This document shows positions 1-12,557 of a DNA stretch of 64,000 nucleotides, one piece after another (position 1 is the first letter of the stretch; every line of letters starts with the position of its first letter). A program made the position numbers and the translations under genes. The DNA lies in contig NC_057749.1 in NCBI RefSeq assembly GCF_004010195.1, positions 10,080,728 to 10,144,727 on the forward strand, in the 5' to 3' direction. The DNA comes from Chiloscyllium plagiosum. Its lineage: Eukaryota. The notes below the pieces were generated by a model that was given only the letters and a program-made list of their open reading frames with translations, searched no databases and was not told where the DNA came from.

Positions 1-83
1 GGCCCTTCGGCCCATCGAGTCTGTGCTGGTCAAACACAAGAAACTATTCTAAACCCATTTTCTCGCATTTGGTTCATATATTT

Positions 84-294
84 GTACAGGAGAAACTGAG
101 AACCGCAGATGATAGACATTAGATTTGAGAGTGTGGTGCTGGAAAAGCACAGCAGGTCAGACAGCATCCAAGAAGCAGGAGAGTTAACGTTTTGTGTATA
201 ATTCTGATGATGGGCTTATGCCCGAAATGTCCATTCTACTGCTCCTCCAATACTGCCTGACCTGCTGTGCTTTTCCAGCACCACACTCTCGATG
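84..294. mobile_element. Palindromic PLE-derived short element (family 1) with hammerhead motif at 204-231
   Basis: Inverted arms spanning 127-290; flanking direct repeat catatattt at 75-83 and 295-303. Confidence 0.75.
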
Positions 295-606
295 CATATA
301 TTTATATGCCTTGATATCGCAAATGCACATCAAAATGCATCTTCAATGTGATGAGGATTCCTGCCTCTACCATAGTTACAGGCAGTGAGTTCCCAATTCT
401 CACCACCCTCTGGGTGAAAATGTATTTCCTCACATACCTGGCTTTTGGGATGCTGCACACTGTGGGGCTGTAAGAAAAGACAAAGAAGAAAGAAATTGTG
501 TTGGTTAAAAGGCAAAATAAGCTGATGAGTTAGAAATCTCAATTTGCCTAAAATAACGCATTTTTGCTCCAGTACCTTGCATGTTATCTGTCAACCTTTC
601 ATTTAG

Positions 607-672
607 GGACAATTGGTCTGATGAACCTGCTAGTCGCTAAATCTATGGGAGCGGATCCAATTGTAGTTGTAG
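607..672 (+). CDS. SORD: SORD-like paralog A, exon 6 (66 bp): (G)TIGLMNLLVAKSMGADPIVVV
   Basis: tttag|GG acceptor, G|gtaagg donor; matches the Rossmann-fold GPIG...AKAMGA segment; same 66-bp size as copy B exon 6. Confidence 0.92.
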
Positions 673-2542
673 GTAAGGTTACGTTTCTGTGAATTTAACA
701 TCATTTCTTTAAAAAACAAATGCCTGAATGTTATGCTTTTGGTGACTACTGGGGGGACCATAGGGCTGGTACATGGATAATGGCTGTTCAAAACTACTTC
801 AGTTAGAACATTTAACATTTTTGGGTGACACACTTGAGTGGGAATAAGAGTTTGGAGGAGGATGCAAAAAGGCTTCAAATCGATTTACACAGACTGAGTG
901 AGTGAACAAGAACATGGCAGGTGGAATATAAATGTGATGAGGTTTGAAAAGTGTTGAAGGCTGAAGGAACATAAGTGTTCCTTACTTATAAGTCACTGAA
1001 TATCTACAGCAGCTCAAGATATCCAAGGGTTGGGGTCTGTTGGAGCCCTACAGGACATGCTTCACAATCCTTTCCATGGATTGACACCTTGTTACAGTGG
1101 AGAAGCTTCGGAGTTCATTGATCCCAAGAGCAAAGCTGTGAGGAATTCTCAAATCCAGACCTAGTCAGCCATGATGGGAAGGTTGGAGGGGAGGAACCAG
1201 ACAAAGTAGAATCCGAAACAAGTTCCGGTAGTGATCCAGGCTGATGATACATTTGAAAGACATTTGGACAGGTTTGAATAGGAAAAGTTTAGAGGGAAAT
1301 GGGCCATGCACAGGCAAGTGGAATTAGTTTAGTTTGGGAAACTGTCAGTATGGATGAGTTGGACCAAAGAGTTTTTGTTTCTGTGCTATATGACTCTATG
1401 AAAGCTAACATGGAGCAAGTAATTTGGAAGGCAAACAGTATGTTGGAATTTGTTGCAAAAGGACTGAACACAGGGAGAAGAATATCTTGCTTCAACTGTG
1501 CAGAAAGCACTGGTGAAACCACACCTGGAGTAATAAAGGGTGCAGGATTAGTGGTACTGGAAGAGCACAGCAGTTCAGGCAGCATCCGAGGAGCAGTAAA
1601 ATCGACATTTCGGGCAAAAGCCCTTCATCAGGAATAAAGGGTGCAGCACAGTTTAACCAATCTGATTCCTGGGATGGTGGAGAGATTGAGGAGACAGTCT
1701 CTGTATTCTCCAGGGTGAAGTTGCTGCTGGCCCTCTGCTTGCTGGTGCATCTGTCCCTCTTCCTTTTTTTGTGCCTTTGTTGTATCATGGCAACAAAGAC
1801 AGGTAACACCCTTGCTGTCAGCTGCTACAGGGATGCCACTGGCAATATTTACTGTGATGTCGCATTCAATCAGACTGTAACGAGAACTGAGTGAGAATAT
1901 TGACTGGATGAAGAAACAATCATCCTGAGTGTGTTCCTGACTGGACTTGGATTGCTTGTTGTGGTTGGTATCCATCAACTTCTGGAATCTAGAAAAAGAA
2001 GATGATGGTAGCTCAGTGGTTAGCTCTGCTGCCCCATGGCAGGAGGGACCCAGGTTCAATTCCACTCTCAGGCAACTGTCTGTGTGGAGTTTGCACGTTC
2101 TCCCTGTGTCTGTGAGGGATTCCTCCCAAAGTCCAAAAATGTGCAGGTTAGGTGGATTGGTCATGCTAAGTTGGACATAGAATCCAGTAACTATTGTTAC
2201 TCCATTAATTCCTTCAGGATACTAAACATCTTGTGCAGGCGAGGTGGATTGCCATGGGAAATGCGGCGTGGGTTAGTGTGGACTCAAAGGTTTGAATAGC
2301 CTGCGTTCACACTGTTGAGATTCTGTGATTCTAACTTCCAAAGTAGGGATGGATACAGCTAAGTGCGGTAGTGTTGACGTGAGTTGGATTTTTCTGGAAA
2401 CCTTAAAGTAAACCATACAGAGCAGGTGAGACAAAACATCTCCAAAGAGGTCACCCTGGAAGAGATCAAAAAGAACTGTTGGATCAGATGGATTGTAACT
2501 ATTGCCAATGGCAACCTACTCACAAGTGATGGTTTAGCGCAA

Positions 2543-2998
2543 TCCTCCCAACAGAGGGACATGGAGCACAGTCCTCCCTCAGAGGGACATAGAGCACAGT
2601 CCTCCCAACAGAGGGACATAGAGCACAGTCCTCCCTGCAGAGGGACATAGAGCACAGTCCTCCCAACAGAGGGACATAGAGCACAGTCCTCCCAACAGAG
2701 GGACATAGAGCACAGTCCTCCCTGCAGAGGGACATGGAGCACAGTCCTCCCTGCAGAGGGACATGGAGTACAGTCCTCCCTGCAGAGGGACATGGAGTAC
2801 AGTCCTCCCTACAGAGGGACATAGAGCACAGTCCTCCCAACAGAGGGACATAGAGCACAGTCCTCCCAACAGAGGGACATAGAGCACAGTCCTCCCAACA
2901 GAGGGACATAGAGCACAGTCCTCCCAACAGAGGGACATAGAGCACAGTCCTCCCTGCAGAGGGACATAGAGCACAGTCCTCCCAACAGAGGGACATGG
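2543..2998. repeat. Minisatellite, 29-bp unit (cctccc[aa/tg]cagagggacat[a/g]gagcacagt), about 15 copies
   Basis: Direct tandem repetition; explains the repetitive ORFs in all frames. Confidence 0.95.
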
Positions 2999-4747
2999 AA
3001 AGAGGTCAATCTGGCACTAGTAGAGTTGAGAACAGAAGCGAGTCAAACAGTCAGAGCAGGCAGGGACAAGGTAGTACTAATAAATTAAACTCCGTTTATT
3101 TCAATGCAAGGGGCATGACAAGGGAGGGAGGTGAAATCAGGGCATGGTTAGGAGCATGGGACTGGAATATCATAGAAATTACAGATACATGGCTAAGGGA
3201 TGAGCAGGACTGGCAGATTAATGTTCCAGGATACGAATGCTACAGGAAGGATAGAAAGAGAGGCAAGAGTGGAGGGGGATTGGCATTTTTGATAAGGGAT
3301 AACAGTACAGCTGTGCTGAGGGTGGATATGCCCGGAAATACATCCAGGGAGGTTATTTGGGTGGAACTGAGAAATAAGAAAGGGATGATTACCTTATTGG
3401 GATTGTATTATAGACCCCCTAATAGTTAGAGGGAAATTGAGAAAAAAACGTGTAAGGAGATCTCAGCTATATGTAAGAATAATATGGTGGTTATGGTAGG
3501 CGATTTTAACTCTGGAAACATAGACTGGGAATGCCATAGTGTTAAAGGGTTAGATGGAGAGGAATTTGTAAAGTGCGTACAAGACAATTTTCTGATTCAG
3601 TATGTGGATATACCTACAAGAGAAGGTTCCAAACCGGACTTACTCTTGGGAAATAAGGCAGGGCAGCTGACTGAGGAGTCGGGGGGGGGAGGGGGCGGGG
3701 GGCGGCACTTTGATGCCAGGGACCATAATTCTCTTAGATTTAAAATAGTGATGGAAAAGGATAGACCAAGATTAAAAGTTGAAGTTCTAAATTGGAGAAA
3801 GAACATTTTTGACGGTATTTGACAAGAACTTTCGAAAGCTGATTGGGGGAAGGTGTTCGCAGGTAAAGTGACAGCTGAAAAATGGGAAGCCTTCAGAAAT
3901 GAGATAACGAGAATCCATGAGAAAGCTTATTCCTGTTAGCGTAAAAGGAAAGGCTAGTAGGTATAGGGAATGCTCTATGACTAAAGAAATTAAGGGTTTG
4001 GTTCAGAAAAAGAAGGAAACACATGTCAGATATAGACATGATAGATCGAGCGAATCCTGAGAAGAGTATAAAGGAAGTAGCAGTATAATTAAGAGGGAAA
4101 ACAGGAGGGAAAAAAGGCGACATGAGATAGCTTTGGCAAATTGAATTAATGAGAATCCAAAGGGTTTTTACAAATACATTAAGGACAAGAGGGTAACTAG
4201 GGAGAAAATAAGGCCCCTCAAAGATCAGCAAGGTTGCCTTTGTGTGGAGATGCAGAAAATGGGAGAGATACTTAATGAGTATCTTGCATCAATACTTAGT
4301 GTGGAAAAGAATATGGAAGATAAAGACTGGAGGGAAATAGATGGTAACATCTTGCAAAATGTCCAGATTACAGAGGAGAAAGTGCTGGATGTCTTCAAAC
4401 GGTTAAAGGTGGATATGTCCCCAGGACCTGATCAGGTGTACCCGAGAACTCTGTGGGAACCAACAGAAGTGATTGCTGGGCCTCTTTCTGAGATATTTGT
4501 GTCATTGATAGTCACAGGTGAGGTGCCGGAAGACTGGAGGTTGGGAAACGTGGTGTCACTGTTTCAGACGTGTGGTCAGGACTAGCCAGGGAACTATAGA
4601 CCAATAAGCCTGTCGGCGGTGGTGGGCAACTCGATGGAGGGAATCCTGAGGGACAGGACCTACATATATTTGGAAAGGCAAGGACTGATTAGGGATAGTC
4701 AACATGGATTTGTGCGGGGAAATTATGTCTCACAAACTTGATTTATT
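2999..4747 (+). mobile_element. CR1-type LINE internal fragment (APE endonuclease, linker, start of RT), decayed
   Basis: VYFNARG, YYRPPNS, MGDFN, LDLLLGN-like, SPGPD and QHGF motifs with stops and frameshifts. Confidence 0.92.
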
Positions 4748-5697
4748 GTCCTCCCTGCAGAGAGACGTGGAGCATAGTCCTCTCTGCAGAGGGACGTGGA
4801 GTACAGTCCTCCCTGCAGAGGGACGTGGAGTACAGTCCTCCCTGCAGAGGGACATGGAGTACAGTCCTCCCTGCAGAGGGCCATGGAGCACAGTCCTCCC
4901 TGCAGAGGGACGTGGAGCACAGTCCTCCCTGAAGAGGGACATGGAACACAGTCCTCCCTGAAGAGGGACATGGAACACAGTCTCACCTTCAGAGGGACGT
5001 AGAGCACAGTCCTCCCTGCAGAGGGATATGGAGCACAGTCCTCCCTGCAGAGGGACATGGAACACAGTCGCACCTGCAGAGGGACGTGGAGCACAGTCCT
5101 TCCTGCAGAGGGACATGGAGTACAGTCCTCCCTGCAGAGTGATGTAGAGCAGAGTCCTCCCTTCAGAGGGACATGGAGCACAGTCCTCCCTCAGAGGGAC
5201 ATGGAGTACAGTCCTCCCTGCAGAGGGACATGGAGCACAGTCCTCCCTGCAGAGGGACGTGGAGCATAGTCCTCCCTGCAGAGAGACGTGGAGCACAGTC
5301 CTCTCTGCAGAGGGACGTGGAGTACAGTCCTCCCTTCAGAGGGACATGCAGCACAGTCCTCCCTGCAGAGGGACGTGGAGTACAGTCCTTCCTTCAGAGG
5401 GACATGGAGCACAGTCCACCCTGCAGAGGGACATGGAGCACAGTCCTCCCTGCAGAGGGACGTGGAGCACAGTCCTCTCTACAGAGGGACATGGAGCACA
5501 GTCCTCCCTCAGAGGGACATGGAGTACAGTCCTCCCTCAGAGGGACATGGAGTACAGTCCTCCCTGCAGAGGGACGTGGAGCACAGTCCTCCCTCTGAGG
5601 GACATGGAGTACAGTCCTCCCTGCAGAGGGACATGGAGCACAGTCCTCCCTCAGAGGGACGTGGAGCACAGTCCTCCCTGCAGAGGGACGTGGAGCA
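4748..5697. repeat. Second array of the same 29-bp minisatellite, about 33 copies
   Basis: Tandem gtcctccctgcagagggac[a/g]tggag[c/t]aca units, a few shortened to 27 bp. Confidence 0.95.
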
Positions 5698-6235
5698 CTG
5701 TGGTACTTTGGGCTTGTGGAACAATCTGGTACAAATTTCAGTGTACAGGCATCTCTGATTTACAAAGATCTGACTTATAAAGGCAGTCCCAAATGGGTGT
5801 AATTTTAATTATCTAACAAATAACCATTTCAATTATTTACGGTTAGCAACTTTATATTGTCTTGTCTTGTGTCCTGACCTACGCATGAGTCGACTTGCGG
5901 ACAGATTCAGACATGAAACCTGCGGGCTACCTGTCCTCATTCCAGTTCAGTCATAACAGTGTTGAGATTAAAGGTCAACGGTAATTCAAAACAGCTCAAG
6001 TGGCTGAATAGATTACTCCTCTTGTCCCAATGTCCCTTTAAAACAATGTAGTTTTGCTTAAACAATACTACAGCCTCTTGTGAGCAAATGTGTTGTGCGT
6101 GGAAGAATTTCACTTATCATTATACATTTCCCTCATCGAGGCAAATATTCCTTAATTTATTTAAATCATAAAGCCTTCTTTTGCAGGTTTATCTCTAGCT
6201 ACTTGCAATTTTATTGCCCTGTGGTATCATTTCAG

Positions 6236-6414
6236 ACATGGTACAAGAGCGATTGGACATGGCAAAATGTCTGGGTGCCTCTTGTGTTTGCAAGATGGAA
6301 AAGAACACATGTCCTCGAGAAATGGCATCCAAAGTCAAAACTGCTCTTTGTGGTATGCCAAACATATCTATTGAATGCACTGGGGCAGATCAATGTGTAC
6401 AGACAGCTATCCAT
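6236..6414 (+). CDS. SORD: SORD-like paralog A, exon 7 (179 bp): DMVQERLDMAKCLGASCVCKMEKNTCPREMASKVKTALCGMPNISIECTGADQCVQTAIH
   Basis: tttcag|AC acceptor, CAT|gtaagt donor; contains the IECTGA motif and the NAD-specificity Asp at the exon 6/7 junction. Confidence 0.93.
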
Positions 6415-6949
6415 GTAAGTACTGAAGCAGTAGCATTGACATTGAGTCAAATGATTTTTCAACCAATTACATTTGCAAGATAGCTCGTAATGGATCTCTG
6501 TGTATTTTCTTTCTAAATCTGCATCTATTGCTTATCCATTAATTCCTTAAGGAAACTAAACATCTTGTCCCATGTGCAACTAAGAGTCAATCAAATGGTA
6601 TAGATTCACATGTATGTTTAGACCTGACTGAGAAGAGGCTCTGGAATTTGTGAACTGGTTGGGTTTTTCGTACAAATTGCTTACTTTTCTGGTTAATTTT
6701 CTGGTGACACCCCCAATTTTTACCAAATTTGTCTAATCGCATATCATAATTTAACTCCTACATTTTTAGTGTCATCCTGTTAAGCCTGTGCTTCACTCTG
6801 TCTAAGACCAGTATATCCTTCTTAATGGACTGCCCACAGTTACTCCACGTAAACTTCATATAGTTGAACCCAGACTTCTACCTCCTAGTATTTTAGCCCA
6901 TCGGATATAAAGGCTCACATCTCCTGAGCATAAGTTCCTTTGAATCATC

Positions 6950-7662
6950 AAATCCCTACAGTGTGGAAACAGGCCCTGAGACCCAACAAGTCCACACCAA
7001 CCCTCCGAAGAGTATTACACGCAAGCCCATTCCCCTACCCTATTACTCTAGATTTCCCCTGACTAATGCACCTAACCTACACATCCCTGAACACTATGGA
7101 CAATTTAGCATGGCCAACCTGCTCACCTTTGGACTGTGGGAGGAAACCAGACCACCCTGAGGAAATGCACAGAGACATGGGGAGAATATGCTTGGAGTTC
7201 CTCACCTGTGGCTGGAATCAAACCTGGGTCCCTGGTGCTGTGAGGCAGTAGTGCTGATAAATCCCCATGTCTCTTTGCACCACCACTGCATTTAGCTTTC
7301 CACCAATTAGAAAGTATCCTGTCCTATGTTCATAGTGGATGATTTCAAATTTGCCTTCAGTAAAATCCATTTCATAGAATCCCTACAGTGTGGAAGCAGG
7401 CCATTCGGTCCACACCAATCCTCCAAAGAGCACCCAGACCCACCCCCTTACCCCTGTATTTCCTGTGGCTAACTCAAGCCAGCCTGCAAATCCCTGGACA
7501 CTATGGGCAATTTCCCATGGCCAATCCACCCCAACCTGCACACCTTTGGACTGTGGGAGGAAACCAGAGCACCTGGACACAGAGAGAATGTGCAGACCTG
7601 AGGGTGGAATTGAACTCAGGTCCCTGGTGCTTGACACAGCAGTGCTGACCACTGACCCACCA
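6950..7662 (-). mobile_element. Two tRNA-derived HE1/V-SINE-like SINEs (about 6950-7256 and 7372-7662)
   Basis: Reverse complement of the agcactgctgcctcacag...cctcccacagtccaaag consensus seen throughout the window. Confidence 0.85.
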
Positions 7663-7870
7663 TGTTACCTGTTAGCCAACGTATCAGTATCACCTTATAC
7701 ACTGCTGACAATGACGCTCAGCTTAATTGATAGGAGAATATACATGCACCTTTTCTGGACTTTCCCTAGATTTACATTTAGAATATCCAACAGTGGCACA
7801 ATGAAAGCTATAGAGACATCTTGTTTATGTTTAAGAATTTCTTGAACTCGAAATTTATCTTTTTTTTAAG

Positions 7871-7992
7871 GCTACCAACCCAGGAGGAGTTGTGGTTCTG
7901 ATTGGTTTGGGTAACACGAACACGTCTGCCCCCCTATTAACTGCGACAACACGTGAGTTGGATATCCGAGGAATTTTCAGATACTGTAACAC
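7871..7992 (+). CDS. SORD: SORD-like paralog A, exon 8 (122 bp): ATNPGGVVVLIGLGNTNTSAPLLTATTRELDIRGIFRYCNT
   Basis: tttttttaag|GCT acceptor, AC|gtaagt donor; RE.DIRG.FRYCNT motif. Confidence 0.95.
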
Positions 7993-9827
7993 GTAAGTGG
8001 CAAAGAGATCATAGTTAGTTTTCAATTAAAAAAAGCTTATGGGCCCACAAGTTTTGCCCGTTTGACTGTGGTTTTATTTACATTCTTCCACTTAACATGT
8101 TCAGACGTAGTATGATCCACTTCTGGAATAGTTGGGAACTGAAACTAAGCCTCCTGGCTCAGAGGTAGGGACCTTACCACTGTGTCATTAAAAACCCATA
8201 ATGCTGCATCGTTCATTACAAAGGGTAGAATTTCATCCGGGTGACTGCATCTCATCTGCATTGCTGCCTCTGGGGAACATGCTCTGTCCTCGGTGCCAAT
8301 CAGACACTTAAATGGCCAGAGACAGCCTTCCGCGGGATCAAGGTTTTCAAAGATACCCACCCCCATGAGATTAGCAGGCCACTCTGAGGTTGGCAGCTCT
8401 CTATAGCAAGCAGCACCACCTGTGGGTATCCTGTTGGTAATGCCCCTACCACGGGTCCTCTTACTGATCCTGAGCCTAAGTCAAAGGACAGGAGTGATAC
8501 ACTGGCTGGGGGCATTGGGAAAAAAGGACAGGGAGAGCGGTTCCGAGTGGTCCACTCCCTTTTTGATGCCGAGCTCCTCATTTAGCTTTGAGTGGCTGAC
8601 AGCAGAGCCCACAGACAAATGTGCCTAGGGTTTTTCTTTGCTGTTCAATAGGGCCCTGCCTGTCAATGAATGTCCATTTAAAGGCTTTGCTTTGGCTTTG
8701 AGTGAGATGGCCTGGGCTTCCTCTCCTTAAAGTCATGGAGGGAAGGTGGCAGGATTCCTATCTGCCTCTCTGGTCTGATGAAATGCGCCCCACTTACTTA
8801 CAAAATCTCCTTGGGGGAGGGAGGGCATTAATTTCCAGCACCACTCTAATCTTGACTCTGATCTCCAGCATCTGCGGTACTCACTTTTGCATTATTAATT
8901 TCCACCTGTTGAATTTACAGCACTGGAATGAGCAATTTATTTATATTGGTTTCTTGCTGCACAGGAGCTTCCTGCCAATTGGTTTTGTTGATCTCCCCCC
9001 AACTCAACCTTTCTTATACTTCTTTTCCTAATCTACTTGCTTAACTATCCCTTACCTGCATATGAGCTACTATTCTAAGTCAATTCTTACACAGGTGTGT
9101 TGCACATTCTAGCCTCTTGCTGCATACAATGTTTCTCCTGAATACATTTTTGGATTAATTAGTGTTTGTCTGATATTTGAGGCCCTGGTATAGATATCCA
9201 AAGATGTGCAGGTCATGCTAAATTGCCCATAATGTTAGGTGCATTAGTCAGAGGGAAATGGGTCTGGGTGGATTACTCTTCGGAGGGTCGGTGTGGACTG
9301 GTTGGGCCGAAGGGCCTGTTTCCACACTGTAGGGAATCTAATATCCCAGTGCAGAAATGTCCTTTCTATGCAGGATAGTGCAACAGGTTTCGTGCTGTGG
9401 AGCAATGAGTATTGAGTTTACCAGGATATTTGGGTTCAGTGCAAAGGTTCACTAAAGAAAACAATTAAATTCATAGATTCATATACTCATACTGTGCAGA
9501 AAAAGCCCTTTGAATTTGCACCGATGTAGCTACCACTGAAAGTGCGCTGATCCCAATTTCCTGCACTTGTCCCATATTCTTGAATGTTCTGACATTTTGA
9601 AGCACTCATCCAAGTATTCTTTAAAGGTTGTAAGGTTTCCAGTCCCCACTATTTCCCAGGCAGTGCATTCCAGATTCTCATTACCCACTAGGTGAAAGTG
9701 TTTGTAGATAAGCGAGAGTCCTGGATCAGCAATAAGGTGTCATGATCTGTGGAATCAAAAGTCTGCTTCAAAAGGCCATGAAACCATCAATTGTCATTAA
9801 AACCCCAATGTTCACTGGGGGAAAGAC

Positions 9828-10278
9828 ATTTGCCATCCTTACCTGGTCTGCGCGTATACATTTGCCATCCTTACCAGGTCTGCGTGTATGGATTTGCCAT
9901 CCTTACCTGGTCTGCGTGTATGGATTTTCCATCCATACCAGGTCTGCGTGTATATATTTGCCATCCTTACCAGGTCTGCGTGTATACATTTGCCATCCTT
10001 ACCTGGTCTGCGCGTATACATTTGCCATCCTTACCTGGTCTGCGTGTATGGATTTGCCATCCTTACCTGGTCTGCGTGTATGGATTTGCCATCCTTACCA
10101 GGTCTGCGCATATACATTTGCCATCCTTACCTGGTCTGCGTGTACATTTGCCATCCTTACCAGGTCTGCGTATATACATTTGCCATCCTTACCTGGTCTG
10201 CGCGTATACATTTGCCATCCTTACCTGGTCTGCGCGTATACATTTGCCATCCTTACCTGGTCTGCGTGTATACATTTG
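9828..10278. repeat. Minisatellite, 32-bp unit (catttgccatccttacctggtctgcgcgtata), about 14 copies
   Basis: Direct tandem repetition. Confidence 0.95.
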
Positions 10279-11446
10279 ACTCTGAACTGCCATCTGGGCC
10301 TTTGGAGATGGGCAATAAAAGCTGGGTCTCACCAGAAATGCCCACCTGCTGTGATTTTTAAAAAAGGGTGAGTAATTATTACCATTAATTTTGCACCTTA
10401 TTCCCTCATTTTGAAAATGATGGTATCACTTTACTATTAAAATTTACACTGGGATGTCTCATGAGAACGTTTTAACATAACTTCAGAATTGGATTTTATC
10501 AGTTTTCTGAAAGTTTTCCATTCCTTTTAAAGCATCTTGATGATTGTTGCAGAAACCAATTGGCTTTTTGCACTGCATTTGAAATAAAACTGCTTGGGCC
10601 ATGATAAATGCTTTCAAAAAAATTAACACCTTGATAATAAGCCACTTTAAAATAAACTGGACAAGCAATGCTGATCAAAGTGGGTAATTATCAAGATGTT
10701 ATTTTTTTTATACTGGTGGTCAGCGATATGAAACAGATAGCTTAACAACTTATTTCCTCTGTTTTCCAGTTTGTATAGGGGCTAGTGGACTTAGTCATAG
10801 AGTCAGAGAATTGTACAGCACAGAAACAGACCCTTCAGTCCAACTTGTCCATGCCTACCTGATATCCTAAAGTAATCTAGTCTCACTTGCCAGCATCCGG
10901 CTCATAGCTGTCTAAACTCTTTATGCACGTGCAGTTTTATGATTGCTTAAGTTAACAAACCGAAGTTTCTTCAGGTACCATACATGTAAAGTACCAAATA
11001 GGAAGAAGCCAGACTAAAAGCTGTCAAGAGGTTGGTGGCGTCCCAGTGGTGCTAGATTACTTGATCTTACACATGTTGCAATAAAGGGACGATCAAACGG
11101 CATCTATATTGGACATGCAACCCTCTCTCCCAATTACTGACTTCTAATGAGTCATGATGTGGAGGGGCTGGTGTTGGACTGGGGAGGACAAAGTTAAAAA
11201 ACGAAGGATTCTGGGTAATCCAAGATGGAGGACAGGAAAATATTCTGGCTGTAAGAGCTGCTCCTTTTTTGAGGTATTTTAGGTGTTGGAGGTGATTTCC
11301 TCGAATTCCAGGAGCAGCAATTACTGTTTTATATGCTGTTGCATTGTTTTGGAACTTTGGAAAAAAAAAGTCAAAACAACAGCAGTTTAAAAGGGAGAAG
11401 AGCAGACAAAGGAAGCACATGGTGAGGACAGTGAAGGAGAGAGAGA

Positions 11447-11966
11447 GTCATAGAGTCATAGAGATGTACAGCATGGAAACAGACCCTTCGGTTCCAACCC
11501 GTCCATGCCGAACAGATATCCTAACCCAATATAGTCTCACCTGCCAGCACCCGGCCCATATACCCCCAAACCCTTCCTATTCTTATACCCATCCAAATGC
11601 CTCTTAAATGTTGCAATTGTACCAGCCTCCACCACATCATCTGGCAGCTCATTCCATACACGTACGGCCTGCTGCGTGAAAAGGTTGCCCCTTAGGTCTC
11701 TTTTATACCTTTCCCCTCACATCCTAAACCTATGCCCTCTAGTTCTGGACTCCCTGACCCCAGGAAAAAGACCTTGTCTATTTATCCTATCCATTCCCCT
11801 CATAATTTTGTAAACCTCTATAAGGTCAACCCCTCAGCCTCCGACGGTCCAGAGAAAACAGCCCCAGCCTGTTCAGCCTCTCCCTGTAGCTCAGATCCTC
11901 CAATCCTGGCAACATCCTTGTAAATCTTTTCTGAACCCTTTCAAGTTTCACAACATCTTTTCGATA
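11447..11966 (-). mobile_element. CR1-type LINE 3' end
   Basis: YRKDVVKLERVQKRFTRMLPGL on the minus strand; (ctatgact)n-type tail. Confidence 0.9.
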
Positions 11967-11989
11967 TTGAAAAATACATTGAAAAATAC

Positions 11990-12557
11990 CTTGATTGTTT
12001 GTTGAGTCTCTCATCTGTTAGAATGACCATGATAGTTTCACTTGTTTCATATGTAAAAGTTACATTCTCAGGTTAACTGTAACAATTAGTGTCAGCCAGA
12101 TACTATGTTGAAGGTGTTAACCCCCTGTGTTTCCTGTCTATGCCATGATGTTTAGATTGATTCTAATCTAAAAAGTGAGTTAACAGAGTCTTACATGGAT
12201 TCATGCAGATTTTGAGCAAAGTACAATGTAACTCTGCAAGTACAAATTCACCCCACAAAATATATGTATATGTATGCGTGTGTGCGCGCGTGTGTGTGTC
12301 TGGGGTGGGGGGTTGTGAGTGTGAAAGAGAGTGTATATGTGTGTATGCGAGTGTATAGAGTGCCCTAAGTCTGTGAGAGGATGCATGTGTGAGTGTGGGA
12401 GTGTGCGTGTCTGTAGGAGTGTGTGTGTGTCTGGGGTGAGGGGGTTGTGAGTGTCTGTGAGAGAAACTGTATGTGTGTATGTGTGGGTAAGAGTGTCTAT
12501 GTGTGTGTATAGTGCAATGGTGGTCACCTGTAGTGTGACATGAACCCAAGGTCCCGA
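11990..12557. repeat. Interspersed repeat with degenerate (TG)n tracts, probably the 3' region of a PLE
   Basis: Two similar TG-rich blocks at 12270-12510; family assignment is inference. Confidence 0.5.

Noticed and set aside
2543..5697. 29-bp partly palindromic repeats resembling a CRISPR array
   Set aside because: Units are head-to-tail with no unique spacers, there are no cas genes, and the context is vertebrate; this is a minisatellite.
2359..5780. Many long Cys-rich ORFs (REDCAPCPS…, MEHSPPCRGTW…)
   Set aside because: Translations of the minisatellite, open in several frames on both strands.
9742..10371. 209-aa and overlapping repetitive ORFs
   Set aside because: Translations of the 32-bp minisatellite.
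12163..12549. His/Thr-rich ORFs
   Set aside because: Translation of (CA)n-rich low-complexity repeat.
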